Positions 43,953 through 53,295 of a stretch of DNA of 64,000 nt are shown one piece after another. A program made the translations under genes and the position numbers. Under the pieces are notes generated by a model. It saw only the letters and a program-made list of their open reading frames with translations. It searched no databases and was not told the DNA's origin. Source of the DNA: an uncultured delta proteobacterium (GTDB taxonomy: Bacteria > Myxococcota_A > Polyangia > Fen-1088). Within the stretch, counting starts at the first letter, position 1, and each line of letters opens with the position of its first letter. The stretch spans positions 32,001 to 96,000 of the forward strand of contig CAVWIP010000007.1 in NCBI GenBank assembly GCA_963755125.1, in the 5' to 3' direction.

Positions 43953-44716
43953 GCCGTTCTCTTACCCAGCTTGCGCAGGACCGCAAGAATCGTGCGACCG
44001 GCATAGGCAGCGTTGATGGCCAGGTACACGTGCAGAAAAAGATCCAGGCGATTGGCGGCGGCCACAAGCACCAGATAGCTCGGGTAATGAATGATCAATC
44101 GGCCCAAAGCTTCCACCACACCCATCACCCTGGCCACAAGCGAACGCGGTGGGGCCGGAGCCGGCACGGTTCCCGCCAAACCATCTCCGTAGTCGCCGGC
44201 CATCTGCGGCCGGGGCGCACCGGTGGCACACAGGTACTCGGGCCGGCGCACGAACGTGGTCAGGCTGATGGCCGAGGCCACCACCACCAGTCCGGCCAGC
44301 GCCTCGACCAACCACTGCGTGCGGCCATCGGCACGCCACAGCCGCGCGCCCAAGGCTGCCACCAGCATGAAAGCCTTCAGCTCGTCCATCAGGAAATCCA
44401 GGTGCGCGCCCACCGGCGACGAGGTTCCTCGCAACCGAGCCAGCTGGCCGTCCACGCAGTCGAGGACATAGGACAGCTCGAGCACGGCGACCGCGATGAG
44501 CAGGCCGGTCCATCCGGGCAGGCCGACCAAAAGAGCTGCGGATGCAACGAAAACCGCCAGCGAGGCGAAAGTTACCTGATTCGGGGTGACACGAGTCTTG
44601 GCAACCGGGACCAGCAGGACCGCGGCCAGCGGCCGCGCCACCAGACGATTCCACAGGATGTCTTTGGGCTTCTTCGTGCGCCGGTATGAATCGGCAATCT
44701 GTGAGAACAAGCTCAC
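43949..44716 (-). CDS. CDP-alcohol phosphotransferase family protein
   Basis: TPNQVT and DCVDGQLAR-x8-GAHLDFLMD signature. Confidence 0.92.
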   Translation of the reverse strand: MSLFSQIADSYRRTKKPKDILWNRLVARPLAAVLLVPVAKTRVTPNQVTFASLAVFVASAALLVGLPGWTGLLIAVAVLELSYVLDCVDGQLARLRGTSSPVGAHLDFLMDELKAFMLVAALGARLWRADGRTQWLVEALAGLVVVASAISLTTFVRRPEYLCATGAPRPQMAGDYGDGLAGTVPAPAPPRSLVARVMGVVEALGRLIIHYPSYLVLVAAANRLDLFLHVYLAINAAYAGRTILAVLRKLGKRTA

Positions 44717-44760
44717 GGCAGCCCAGTAAAGCGCTCCACGGTTGGAGCGCCAAGAATAAT

Positions 44761-46734
44761 CTACGGTAGCGGCAACCCGTAGTAGGCGGAGTAGGCCACC
44801 ACGATTGCCGCACCCAGCACGACGCCGAGGAGCACGTGCACCAGCAAGGGCCAGTCGGCCAGCCCGCGCGGCGCGCGTCGCTTGCCCGAGCGAACCCGCG
44901 GGCCCTCGATATCGACTGACAGGCCATCAGGCTGGACAGAAGCGGGTCCCTTGATCCGCTGGGTCGGCTGGCCCTCTGACTGCGGCCGCAGCGAAACCGG
45001 TGTCGGGGTGGACTGCGCCAGCGACCCCATGATGACAGGCTGCTGCGGCGGAGGGGTGTCCACGAAGGCGGCCGGATCCTGCATGTCCTCCGACAGCTCG
45101 ACACCAAAGGGCCGTTCCTCGGTTCCGTGCACCGGCGTCGCAGGGCGCCTTATCTCGCCCGAAATGTGATTCTGCGCCGACGGGGCCATGTGCGCTGCCG
45201 TGGTCGATTCTCCGCGAATCGCGGAAGCTGCTGGCGACTCGGCCGGCTTTGAGGGGCGCGGGCGCGAAGTCGCCTCGGGCCTTTTACCAACCGCTGCAGA
45301 TGCAGCTTGGGTGGAAGGCGGCGTGGCCAGCGCAGGCGCCGTACGCCGAACCGGCGCCGCCGGCGCGCCAGCCGCGAGCGAGTCTGGCGCAGAAGCCTGA
45401 GGCGGATTTCCTGCCGAGCCTTGCGAGGCCGTCGGAGGGGCGGCCGGGGCCTTGGCTGCCGGAGGGGACATCGGTCGAGCAGGGATCTGTGCCCCAGAGG
45501 TCCTGGCCGCGAGCGATGGGAGTGCCGCCTGCGACGAGGCGCCGGCTGCTCGCGCATCGCGGGCCACCGGTGTGGCGACCGGAGGTGCGACCAGGGGTGC
45601 CTGTGTCACGCGGGCAGGGATGCGAGCCAAGGGTTGTTTCGCAACCGCCGCAGGCGGTGCGGGCGTCACCTCGGTCCCGATGGGCGCGGGCGCCGCCGGC
45701 CCAGCAGGCCGCGTGGTTCCTCCAGCCTGCGCCGCAATGGCCGGGCTCGACAGGGGGCGGGCCGGGGACACCTCCAGGGCCGTTGCTGCCGTGACAGGTG
45801 CCTGCGCGGTGCGGGCCTGCGCCGGGGCGGTCGGCGGTACCGATGACGGGGCGGTTTTGCTGATCGGCGGGGACAGAAGCGGAAAGGCGGAGGCCGGAGC
45901 AGATGGGGCCGGTCGTGGTTCCGTCGCTTGCGCGGGTCGCGCCGGCGCGGCTTCGGCGACCCGCGGCTGCAGCCCGGGCAGGGGTGAGCCCGGCCGCACC
46001 TTGGGACCGCCTTGTCCCGTCGACTGCAGCGCGCCGGCGGCACGAGCGGGCGTGTTCGTCTTGACGGCGTCGACGGTAATGAAGGGATCGGTCTTGCGCC
46101 GCACTCGCGCTCCCGCCGGCGGCTGCGCGGGTCGCGCCGGCGCGCCAGCACCGACCACCGCCATCGAAGCCGAGCTGCGTTTGGAGATCGCGGGCACAGG
46201 CGGTGTCACGGGCGGGGGCAGGACGATCTCGAAGAACCCCTCCTTCCAGCCCATGACTTCGGGCAGTCGTTCAGGAGTATCACTGCCGCCGACCGTGGTC
46301 CCGACCAACTCGCCCCGGCGATAGCTGATGCGAGCTTCCTCCTCGCCACGCCACACCTCGATCGCGCAGGTCAGCACGTACTGCTCGCAGTAGCGCATGA
46401 TCTCGACCAGCGGCCGCTGGGCCAGATTCCCCTCGGCAGGGCCGGGCTTCGCCAGCGATCCGGTTTCTGGGTCGGGCAAGCGAGTGTCGATCGCGAAACG
46501 GGCGCTGGCCACCCGCTGCAGGGCGGAGACCGCCTCCGGGCCTCGTTCTGCGCCGGCAAACGCGTCGCTGACTCCGCCGGCCAGCAGGTGCACCTCGCCC
46601 GCCGGTGCAGCCCCCGGGCCAGGTGCGAACACCTGGATGCGCGCGGGCAGGGCCGCTGCCGAGAGCACACTCATCAGTTCACTGAGCGTGCCGCCTGCCC
46701 ACTCGGTGATGCGTTCGCCTGACGGCCCGTTCAT
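44761..46734 (-). CDS. Hypothetical protein: DUF4388-like N-terminal domains, long Pro/Ala linker, C-terminal TM anchor
   Basis: GTLSELM.../GNLAQRPLVEIM...ISYRRGEL...WKEGFFEI repeats; hydrophobic C-terminus. Confidence 0.65.
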   Translation of the reverse strand: MNGPSGERITEWAGGTLSELMSVLSAAALPARIQVFAPGPGAAPAGEVHLLAGGVSDAFAGAERGPEAVSALQRVASARFAIDTRLPDPETGSLAKPGPAEGNLAQRPLVEIMRYCEQYVLTCAIEVWRGEEEARISYRRGELVGTTVGGSDTPERLPEVMGWKEGFFEIVLPPPVTPPVPAISKRSSASMAVVGAGAPARPAQPPAGARVRRKTDPFITVDAVKTNTPARAAGALQSTGQGGPKVRPGSPLPGLQPRVAEAAPARPAQATEPRPAPSAPASAFPLLSPPISKTAPSSVPPTAPAQARTAQAPVTAATALEVSPARPLSSPAIAAQAGGTTRPAGPAAPAPIGTEVTPAPPAAVAKQPLARIPARVTQAPLVAPPVATPVARDARAAGASSQAALPSLAARTSGAQIPARPMSPPAAKAPAAPPTASQGSAGNPPQASAPDSLAAGAPAAPVRRTAPALATPPSTQAASAAVGKRPEATSRPRPSKPAESPAASAIRGESTTAAHMAPSAQNHISGEIRRPATPVHGTEERPFGVELSEDMQDPAAFVDTPPPQQPVIMGSLAQSTPTPVSLRPQSEGQPTQRIKGPASVQPDGLSVDIEGPRVRSGKRRAPRGLADWPLLVHVLLGVVLGAAIVVAYSAYYGLPLP

Positions 46735-46749
46735 GCTTCTGACCCCACG

Positions 46750-47010
46750 CTAGGAATCGACGCCAGGGCCGGACTCCTGAGCCGACGCATCGGCGGGCGT
46801 AGCCTCGAAGCCAGGCTCGACCGCGTCATCGGCCGTGCCGGTGTCTGCTGCCGCTTGGCCGGAGGAGATCGCGGCGTCAGGGATCTGGTAGTCGGTCCCG
46901 GCATCCGTGCCGAAGTTCTGATCGCGCCGATGCGAGGATGAGCAGCCGCCGAGCGCGGGGAGAGCAGCCAGGAACGCGAGCCCGAGCATGACCAGCAAGC
47001 GGGGCAGCAT
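46750..47010 (-). CDS. Small lipoprotein
   Basis: Hydrophobic signal with LGGC lipobox; Asp/Ala-rich tail; TTGCGG-17-TAGCGT promoter 7 nt before ATG 47010. Confidence 0.65.
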   Translation of the reverse strand: MLPRLLVMLGLAFLAALPALGGCSSSHRRDQNFGTDAGTDYQIPDAAISSGQAAADTGTADDAVEPGFEATPADASAQESGPGVDS

Positions 47011-47066
47011 GGGCGGGACGCTAGCAAGCAGCTTGCGCCACCGCAAGGGTCGATGCTCAGGATCCT

Positions 47067-47777
47067 CTAGCGCACGATGCTCGCCTCGACCACGAAGTCC
47101 AGATCGGGGAAATCGCGCGCCAGGTAGGCGTTGCCTTCGGTCTGCATGCGGCCCTGGTTGGGGCCCCTGCCCTGGGGTGCGCCCTCCCCATAGCCGCCGA
47201 ACAGCCCGTCGACCACTTCCATACCGCTTGCCACCTTGCCAAAGGGGGCAAATCCCATCCCGTCGAGCTGGGTGTTGTCCGCGTAGTTGATGAAGACCTG
47301 GGTAGTCCGCGTGTTGGGCCCCGCGGTAGCAAAGGTGATGAAGCCACGCTTGTTGGATTGCTTGACCGGATCGTCAGGGATGCTGGCGTTGCGCCAGACT
47401 GCGTTCACCTCGCCCTGACCGTGGATACCCCACTGCACCATGAAGCCCTTGATCACGCGAAAGAAGCGAACGTCGTTGAAGTAGCCGTTCTTGACCAGAT
47501 TGAAGAATCGGTCCGCACCCTGCGGCGCCCAATCCCTCTGCACCTCGACCACGAAGCTGCCCTTCGAGGTGGTGAACTTGGCTCGATATGTCGCCGGTGC
47601 CTGCTCTTTGAAAGCATCGACCTTGAGAAGCGACGGCTTATCCACCGGCGCGCTGGGCGCAGGCGGCGCCGCCACTGGTTGCGCGATCTGTGTGGGTGGC
47701 TCCCCGGCTGGCTTCTTGCAACCCAGGCTGGCCAGAGCAGCCAAGACGAACGTGCAAGGAACAAGTGGTTTGATCAT
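47067..47777 (-). CDS. Cyclophilin-type peptidyl-prolyl isomerase, lipoprotein
   Basis: SLGC lipobox, FFRVIKGFMVQWG, RTTQVFIN, FAPFGKV; start ATG 47777. Confidence 0.92.
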   Translation of the reverse strand: MIKPLVPCTFVLAALASLGCKKPAGEPPTQIAQPVAAPPAPSAPVDKPSLLKVDAFKEQAPATYRAKFTTSKGSFVVEVQRDWAPQGADRFFNLVKNGYFNDVRFFRVIKGFMVQWGIHGQGEVNAVWRNASIPDDPVKQSNKRGFITFATAGPNTRTTQVFINYADNTQLDGMGFAPFGKVASGMEVVDGLFGGYGEGAPQGRGPNQGRMQTEGNAYLARDFPDLDFVVEASIVR

Positions 47778-48069
47778 GCGGCCGAGCATACCGCAGGGCA
47801 GGGGTTTGTGAATGGGGAGTCGCAACTCACGAGCCCGGCGTCCGACAACCCTTGTCGGGGCACTGTTTGCCACCTCAAGCGATCTGTCACGCGCCCAAAA
47901 TCAACGGCGCTCGTTGCTACGAGCGCCACCGACCTGAAGAGACATTCTCGGACATTCAGAGACCTGATGACATATGGAGAAAAGCGGGTTCGTTTGTCCT
48001 ATGGTCCCGCCTGCCGCGCGTGGGGTCACCACAGTGGTTGACCTGATAGGTGCTCGCGGGTCCTAATTC

Positions 48070-49050
48070 ATGCACATGTCCTCTGCAGCGGAACCCGACT
48101 GGCAGCGCCGCGCGATCGAGCGGGCCAAGGAACTGGACCATGAGCACCGGCGGAGGCCGCGCAGCCTGTGGCAGTCGGGGGCCGGCTTGGCCCTGTCTCT
48201 GCGTTTTCTGCGCACCGCTGCCCGACAGCTTGTGACCGTCCCGCGCCGGCCCGAGCCGCGGCGGGTGGAGCATCCGGGTCCCGGTCAGATCGCCGTCACC
48301 TTTGTCGGTCACGCCACGGTCATGCTGACCACGCCACTCGCGCGCGTGCTCACCGACCCCTATTTCGGCGATTTCTTTCTCGGCCTGCGCCGGGCCGAGG
48401 CGGCTTGCCTGCATCCGACCGATGCGGCCGACGTGAATTTGATCCTCATCTCGCACGCGCACCGGGATCGTCTGGACCTGGCCAGCCTGCGGCGTCTGCG
48501 CGGGCGAGCCGCAGTGCTGGTCCCGCCCCGCTGCGCATCCCTGGTGGATGGCCTGGGCTTTGGCCGCGTGGTGGAGCTGGCGCCGGGCAAGAGTTTCGAG
48601 TTCGCGGATGTCGAGGTGACCGCGGTGGCGGCGCGACACGAGGGCGTGCGCGGGATTTTCGACCGGGCCTGGCGCGGCGCCTGCGGGTACCTCGTGCGTT
48701 CGGCCGGAGCCAACGTGTATTTCGCAGGAGGCACTGCCTATTTTTCCGGTTTCGAGGAGATCGGCCGGCGTCTGCACCCGGACGTAGCGCTGTTGCCGGT
48801 GGCCGGGTACGAGCCGCCCGCCTTGCGCGAGAGCAACATGTCGCCCCTCGACGCTGTGCAAGCCTTCACGGATCTAGGAGCCAAGCTGCTCGTTCCCGTC
48901 GGACACGGATCGTTCCCGCTCAGCTACGAGCCGCTCGACGAGCCCCTGCGTTGGCTCAGACAGATCTGCGCTGATCGCGGCATTTTGGGCCAACTCGCCG
49001 TGCTTGGACATGGCGAAACCTGTCTGGTGCGGGGAGTACCGGAGGCATAG
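48070..49050 (+). CDS. MBL-fold (NAPE-PLD/RomA-like) protein with degenerate metal site
   Basis: GHATV, LTDPYF, SHAHRDR (canonical HxHxDH), YFAGGT (canonical GDT). Confidence 0.8.
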   Translation: MHMSSAAEPDWQRRAIERAKELDHEHRRRPRSLWQSGAGLALSLRFLRTAARQLVTVPRRPEPRRVEHPGPGQIAVTFVGHATVMLTTPLARVLTDPYFGDFFLGLRRAEAACLHPTDAADVNLILISHAHRDRLDLASLRRLRGRAAVLVPPRCASLVDGLGFGRVVELAPGKSFEFADVEVTAVAARHEGVRGIFDRAWRGACGYLVRSAGANVYFAGGTAYFSGFEEIGRRLHPDVALLPVAGYEPPALRESNMSPLDAVQAFTDLGAKLLVPVGHGSFPLSYEPLDEPLRWLRQICADRGILGQLAVLGHGETCLVRGVPEA

Positions 49051-49115
49051 CCTTTGTTTCGGCGCACTGCTAGAGTGCGCCCGCTGCAAGGGTCAGCCCC
49101 GAAAAAGATTGAGCC

Positions 49116-51473
49116 ATGAGCTTCGTGGAAAGATTGCGCCGGGTTCCACCCGGCTGGTGGGTGGCGCTGTTCGCGATTGCGCTGATCCTGCCCCGCCTGG
49201 GTTCGTTCGGGTTCTGGGATCCGTGGGAGCTCAAGCTGGCGGAGCGTGCGCGCGACATCGCCCGTTCTGAATCTCTCTTCGACGTGACGGTCAACCGTCG
49301 CTTCACCGCCGCGCCGCCGCTCGACTTGGCCGGCAACGCGCTCGGCATGCGGATCTTTGGCGTGGGCGAATTCGGCGGCCGCATCTCGGATGGCCTTTTC
49401 GGCATCCTGGCCATTCTCGCGGTGTATTGGGCGGGCATCGGCCTCTTTCGTCGGCGCGCGGCCGTGCTCGGCGCCCTGGCGCTTGGCTCGATGCCCCTCT
49501 TCCTGCTCGAAGCGCGGCAACTCACATCGGACATGCCGCTGGTGGCCGGTCTGGCGCTCGCCATGGGCGGGCTCGGCCGCTACGCCTGGCCGGCCGAAGG
49601 CGTGCGTCGGCTGCGCGACCTGCTTGTCGCTGGCGTTGGCCTGGTCATCGGCTTGTTCTCGGGCGGGGCGCTTCTCGGCGTGGCGCTGCCCTGCCTGGCG
49701 TTCAGCTTCGCCATCCTCGCGGGGTGGGGCCTGCGGCCGCGGCCTGCCGATGATCCAGCGGCCAGCAAGCTCACCTCGCCTGGGTTGGGAACTCATCTGC
49801 CCGCTGGCTCCAGCCTGGGCGCCAGCCTGCGTTCACCCGGGGTGCAGGGCGGCGTTGCGCTGATTGTGGCCGCCCTGACCGGTGTGCTGCTTCTCGCGAT
49901 CACCATGACCAGGGCCAACGTGGCCGGTCAGTATTCCTTGCTGCTCGGTGGGGTTCCGCGCAGCGGGGCTCCCAGCGCAACCTTCGATACCATCATCCGC
50001 CAGCTTGGGTTCGGGTTGTTCCCCTGGAGCGCGCTGGCCATCTTCGCGCTGGGCCGGCCGCTCATCCGTCTGGGCGGGGGCGACGAGCCGGATGGCGATC
50101 GCCTGGCGTTTGGCCAGCTCTATCTCCTCATCTTCGCGGCGTTCGGCTTCGCCCTTTCCACGGTGTTCGTGCTCATGTGCGGCGAAGCGCGCTTCTGTGC
50201 CCTGGCACCGGTGGCGCTGGCCGTCGGTGCCCTGCTCGATGAGGCACTGGAGGGCGACCGCGCGGAACCCGTGCTGGGGCTGCTGGTGGCGACCGGCACC
50301 ATGGTGGTCGCGCGCGATCTGGTGCTGGCGCCTGAAGATTTGGTCTCGGTCCATACCCTGAACAAGGTCCAGTGGCCGGCCAAGCTCAAGCTCGGGTGGC
50401 TCTTCCTGGCCACCGGTCTGCTGGTTGGCGCTGGACTGTACACCGGGCTGGCTACCCGAGGTCGCGCTCTGGGACGCGTGGCCCTGCGCGACCTGGGAAA
50501 TGCGCGGCGTTGGCACCGATGGTTCGAGAAGGCCGTGGTCGAGATCGGCCGTTGGGGTATCCAGGCCGCCGTCGTGGTGGCGGTGCTCTTCGCCCTGGCG
50601 CTGAGCCAGCTGATCGTGCCCAAGGTCTCCGGCGACCTGTCGTTCAAACCGCCGCTGGAATCGTATTCGCATCTGGCCCGGCACGGCGAGCCCATCGGCC
50701 GGTACAAGGTCGAGGGCGAAGGCGCGAAATTCTACAGCGAGCGCGAGATGACGGACTTGCCTACGCAAAACCGCGTGGTCGAGTTTCTGCAGGGGAGAGA
50801 TCGGGTGTTCGCTCTCGTGCCGGGGAGCGAGCTGGCGGCCCTGGATGCGGCGCTCAAGTCTGCGCGGGTGGCCTACGCGGTCGTGGACGCTCGCTCCTCG
50901 CGCTTTCTCTTGCTGACCAACCGCTTGGAGCAAGGCGAGCACGACAGCAATCCGCTGAAACAGGATGTGTGGATGGCGCCCCGGCCACCCCAGCCTGTGA
51001 TCGAGCCCGGCGCTACAGAGCCGTCCCGCTACGAATGGTTCGACCCGAAGCCGCCTTGGCAGTGGCGCGTTCCGGCCAGTGTCACCTTTGCCAACGCCAT
51101 CGAGCTGGTGGGCGCCGAGTTTCCCGCCGTGGTGCGCCGGCCCGGCACCATCCGGCTGTCGCTTTTCTTCCGCGTGGACAAGAAGCCCCCGGCAGGATTC
51201 CATATCTTCGTGCACTTCGATATTCCCGGCGAGCCGCGGCTCATCGGGGATCACCTCCCGCTCAACGGCGCCTTTGCCACCGAGTACTGGCTGCCCGGCG
51301 AGTACATTCGCGACACCTACGACGTGGAGGTTCCGCTCATGACCACTCCCGCGGGAACCTACACCCTCTACATCGGCTTTTGGCCCGGGGGCGAAGGCAA
51401 GCGGCTCAAGATCACGGCCGGCAGCAACGACGGTGGCGACCGGACCCGGCTGGGAACTATCGAGATCAAGTAG
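49116..51473 (+). CDS. ArnT/PMT-like GT-C glycosyltransferase with C-terminal Ig-like domain
   Basis: FWDPWE after TM1, FGVGEFGGR, many TMs, FVHF...GDH.P...W.PGE.I.D. Confidence 0.8.
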   Translation: MSFVERLRRVPPGWWVALFAIALILPRLGSFGFWDPWELKLAERARDIARSESLFDVTVNRRFTAAPPLDLAGNALGMRIFGVGEFGGRISDGLFGILAILAVYWAGIGLFRRRAAVLGALALGSMPLFLLEARQLTSDMPLVAGLALAMGGLGRYAWPAEGVRRLRDLLVAGVGLVIGLFSGGALLGVALPCLAFSFAILAGWGLRPRPADDPAASKLTSPGLGTHLPAGSSLGASLRSPGVQGGVALIVAALTGVLLLAITMTRANVAGQYSLLLGGVPRSGAPSATFDTIIRQLGFGLFPWSALAIFALGRPLIRLGGGDEPDGDRLAFGQLYLLIFAAFGFALSTVFVLMCGEARFCALAPVALAVGALLDEALEGDRAEPVLGLLVATGTMVVARDLVLAPEDLVSVHTLNKVQWPAKLKLGWLFLATGLLVGAGLYTGLATRGRALGRVALRDLGNARRWHRWFEKAVVEIGRWGIQAAVVVAVLFALALSQLIVPKVSGDLSFKPPLESYSHLARHGEPIGRYKVEGEGAKFYSEREMTDLPTQNRVVEFLQGRDRVFALVPGSELAALDAALKSARVAYAVVDARSSRFLLLTNRLEQGEHDSNPLKQDVWMAPRPPQPVIEPGATEPSRYEWFDPKPPWQWRVPASVTFANAIELVGAEFPAVVRRPGTIRLSLFFRVDKKPPAGFHIFVHFDIPGEPRLIGDHLPLNGAFATEYWLPGEYIRDTYDVEVPLMTTPAGTYTLYIGFWPGGEGKRLKITAGSNDGGDRTRLGTIEIK

Positions 51474-51475
51474 CC

Positions 51476-51901
51476 ATGCCCAGCAAAGATCGTCGCAAGC
51501 GTGTCGTGCCGGTCGGCAGCGAGCGGCGCACCGGGCGTGAACGGCGTGAGCACCAGCGCGTGCTGGTGTCGATGGAAGTCGACTACCGCTGCGACAACAC
51601 GTTCCTCTTTGCGTACATCACCGACCTGTCCGCCATGGGAATCTTCATCCAGACCAGCAACCCCATGCCGCCGGGCACCCTGCTGAACCTGCACTTCCGG
51701 CCCCCGGGCGGCGGCCCACAGATCGATGTCGAGGGACGAGTCATCTGGGTCAACCCCCCGCGCAAACAAGGCAGCATCAACCCCGGCATGGGCGTCCAGT
51801 TCGTGGACCTGACGCCGGCGCAGCGGGAGCAGATCAAGGCTCTGGTGCGGACCTTCGCCTACTTGAGCGACGACGAGGATCAGGTCCGCGGGAATAGCTG
51901 A
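51476..51901 (+). CDS. PilZ domain protein (TIGR02266 family)
   Basis: ERREHQR, DLSAMGIFI, GRVIW, GMGVQF; ATG 2 nt after the upstream stop. Confidence 0.9.
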   Translation: MPSKDRRKRVVPVGSERRTGRERREHQRVLVSMEVDYRCDNTFLFAYITDLSAMGIFIQTSNPMPPGTLLNLHFRPPGGGPQIDVEGRVIWVNPPRKQGSINPGMGVQFVDLTPAQREQIKALVRTFAYLSDDEDQVRGNS

Positions 51902-51947
51902 GACAGCCTGAGTCCCGCACGGGCCGGAGCGAGGCCGACACGGAAAG

Positions 51948-51976
51948 TTGACATAATCCGGGACGCCCCCAACACT
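51948..51976 (+). promoter_or_regulatory. Sigma70-type promoter, predicted leaderless at ATG 51983
   Basis: TTGACA-17 nt-AACACT-6 nt-ATG. Confidence 0.55.
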
Positions 51977-51982
51977 CGCAAC

Positions 51983-52453
51983 ATGCGGCCTGCGCGACGA
52001 GTGATCACCCGCCAGAGGCGTCGGATTCTGCCCCAGCAATCTCGGCTGATCGCGTGGGGAGCCGGCGAGCTCCCCCTGCGGGGACTTCGGGACGGCCCGC
52101 CACCCTGCCCACCCCGCGCGTTTCGCGCGCGCCCTCGTTGCTCGCCGCGGACCATCGCGGGAGAGTATGGCGAGGCCGAGCGAAGCGAGCGGTGGGTGGT
52201 GGCAGGTGGGGGGCCGAAGGGCGAAGCGAACCCTCCCAGGGTTCCCATGTCAACGATACCGCGAACTGTGGCGGCCCTGCGGCACGGTCGCAAGCTGCTC
52301 ACCGACATCGAGGGACAGCTCGGCAGCTTGCTGGTCAGCCTGCGTCAGCCACAGCCTTGCATCGACCCTGGCGCTGTTGACCGGCTCACCGGCGCCACGG
52401 CCCAGGCCGGCCGCGCCATGGCGGCGTTGGACGGTCTGCGCTGCTTGCGATGA
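51983..52453 (+). CDS. Hypothetical protein (156 aa, or 68 aa from ATG 52247); middle third encoded by a palindromic element
   Basis: Open frame; the 3' part has typical GC3-rich codons and helical character. Confidence 0.45.
   Translation: MRPARRVITRQRRRILPQQSRLIAWGAGELPLRGLRDGPPPCPPRAFRARPRCSPRTIAGEYGEAERSERWVVAGGGPKGEANPPRVPMSTIPRTVAALRHGRKLLTDIEGQLGSLLVSLRQPQPCIDPGAVDRLTGATAQAGRAMAALDGLRCLR
52070..52244. repeat. REP/MITE-like multi-hairpin palindromic element
   Basis: CCCC-TGC-GGGG; long arms 52094-52113/52191-52215; CGCGCG-TTT-CGCGCG; GAGCGAAGCGAGC; GAACCCT-CCC-AGGGTTC. Confidence 0.5.
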
Positions 52454-52491
52454 AGAGACTCCGCTAGGCGGCCGTCCCCGACAGGTAGGTT

Positions 52492-53262
52492 GTGTTGGAC
52501 GAGACAGGCACGGTAAGCAGAAAGAAGGCCGGGCTGGTCGAGCCCGTGGTGACCTTCCTGGTGGCCACTGCTCTGGCGGCGGGCCTGTTCTGGCTGGCGC
52601 GAGGCGTGCATTTCGTGGCCGAGATTCTCCACGGCGCGATTGCCCTGATCTTCCTGCTCGGGCCTTCGTATGCGGCACGCATCACCGGCCGGCCCTTCGA
52701 CTATCGGGCAGCTGGTCTCGGCCTGACGCCAGTCAAACTGAACCTGCGCATCCTGGCCCTGGCGCTGGTCTCCACCTGGCCGGTCTTCTTCGGGGGCTTT
52801 CTCCTCTACTACGGCTTGCTCTGTTCGAGCAGCGCGCCCGCCTGGGCCCAGCATCTGACCGGTGTTCTTTCGCCCATCTGCCCGGGCTGGCTCGGCCTCC
52901 GTGAATCTTCCTTGCACCTTCCCGCCGGCTTTGCCCTGCTGGCGCTCTCGCAGATCCTGGTGGTGGCGCTGCCCGAGGAGGTCTTCTTCCGCGGTTACCT
53001 GATGTCGCGCTTGGAAGAACGCTGGCCCTCGCGACGCCATCTATGGGGCGCCTCTGTGGGCTGGCCCCTGCTGATCTCCAGTGCGCTGTTTGGCCTGGGC
53101 CATTTCCTGGTGGACTTCCAGCCCGCGCGCCTGGCCGTGATGGTGCCGGCCCTGGTCTTCGGGTGGATGCGACAGCGAACCGGCTCACTAGCCCCAGCCG
53201 CCGTGTTCCACGCCCTGTGCAACTTGTTCTCGGAGGTCCTGCACGAAAGCTTCTTCGGATAG
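52492..53262 (+). CDS. CPBP (Abi/Rce1) intramembrane glutamic protease, myxosortase-like
   Basis: PEEVFFRG, FGLGH, FGWMR..TG, FHALCN. Confidence 0.88.
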   Translation: MLDETGTVSRKKAGLVEPVVTFLVATALAAGLFWLARGVHFVAEILHGAIALIFLLGPSYAARITGRPFDYRAAGLGLTPVKLNLRILALALVSTWPVFFGGFLLYYGLLCSSSAPAWAQHLTGVLSPICPGWLGLRESSLHLPAGFALLALSQILVVALPEEVFFRGYLMSRLEERWPSRRHLWGASVGWPLLISSALFGLGHFLVDFQPARLAVMVPALVFGWMRQRTGSLAPAAVFHALCNLFSEVLHESFFG

Positions 53263-53295
53263 CAACTTCCTCTCGCGAATGCCGACAACCAGAGC

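Noticed and set aside
47925..47991. 6S RNA (CACCGACCTG...AGCGGGTTC resemblance)
   Set aside because: Motif spacing is wrong and no long rod with a central bubble could be drawn; kept only as a generic sRNA candidate.
50372..51475. 509-aa ORF implying a large PilZ fusion
   Set aside because: Out-of-frame overlap with the glycosyltransferase; the PilZ gene starts at ATG 51476.
52157..52241. Glycine riboswitch (GCGGGAGAG...GCCGAAGG...CAGG)
   Set aside because: No P2 hairpin, the CUCUCAGG motif is not matched, and no glycine-related gene follows.
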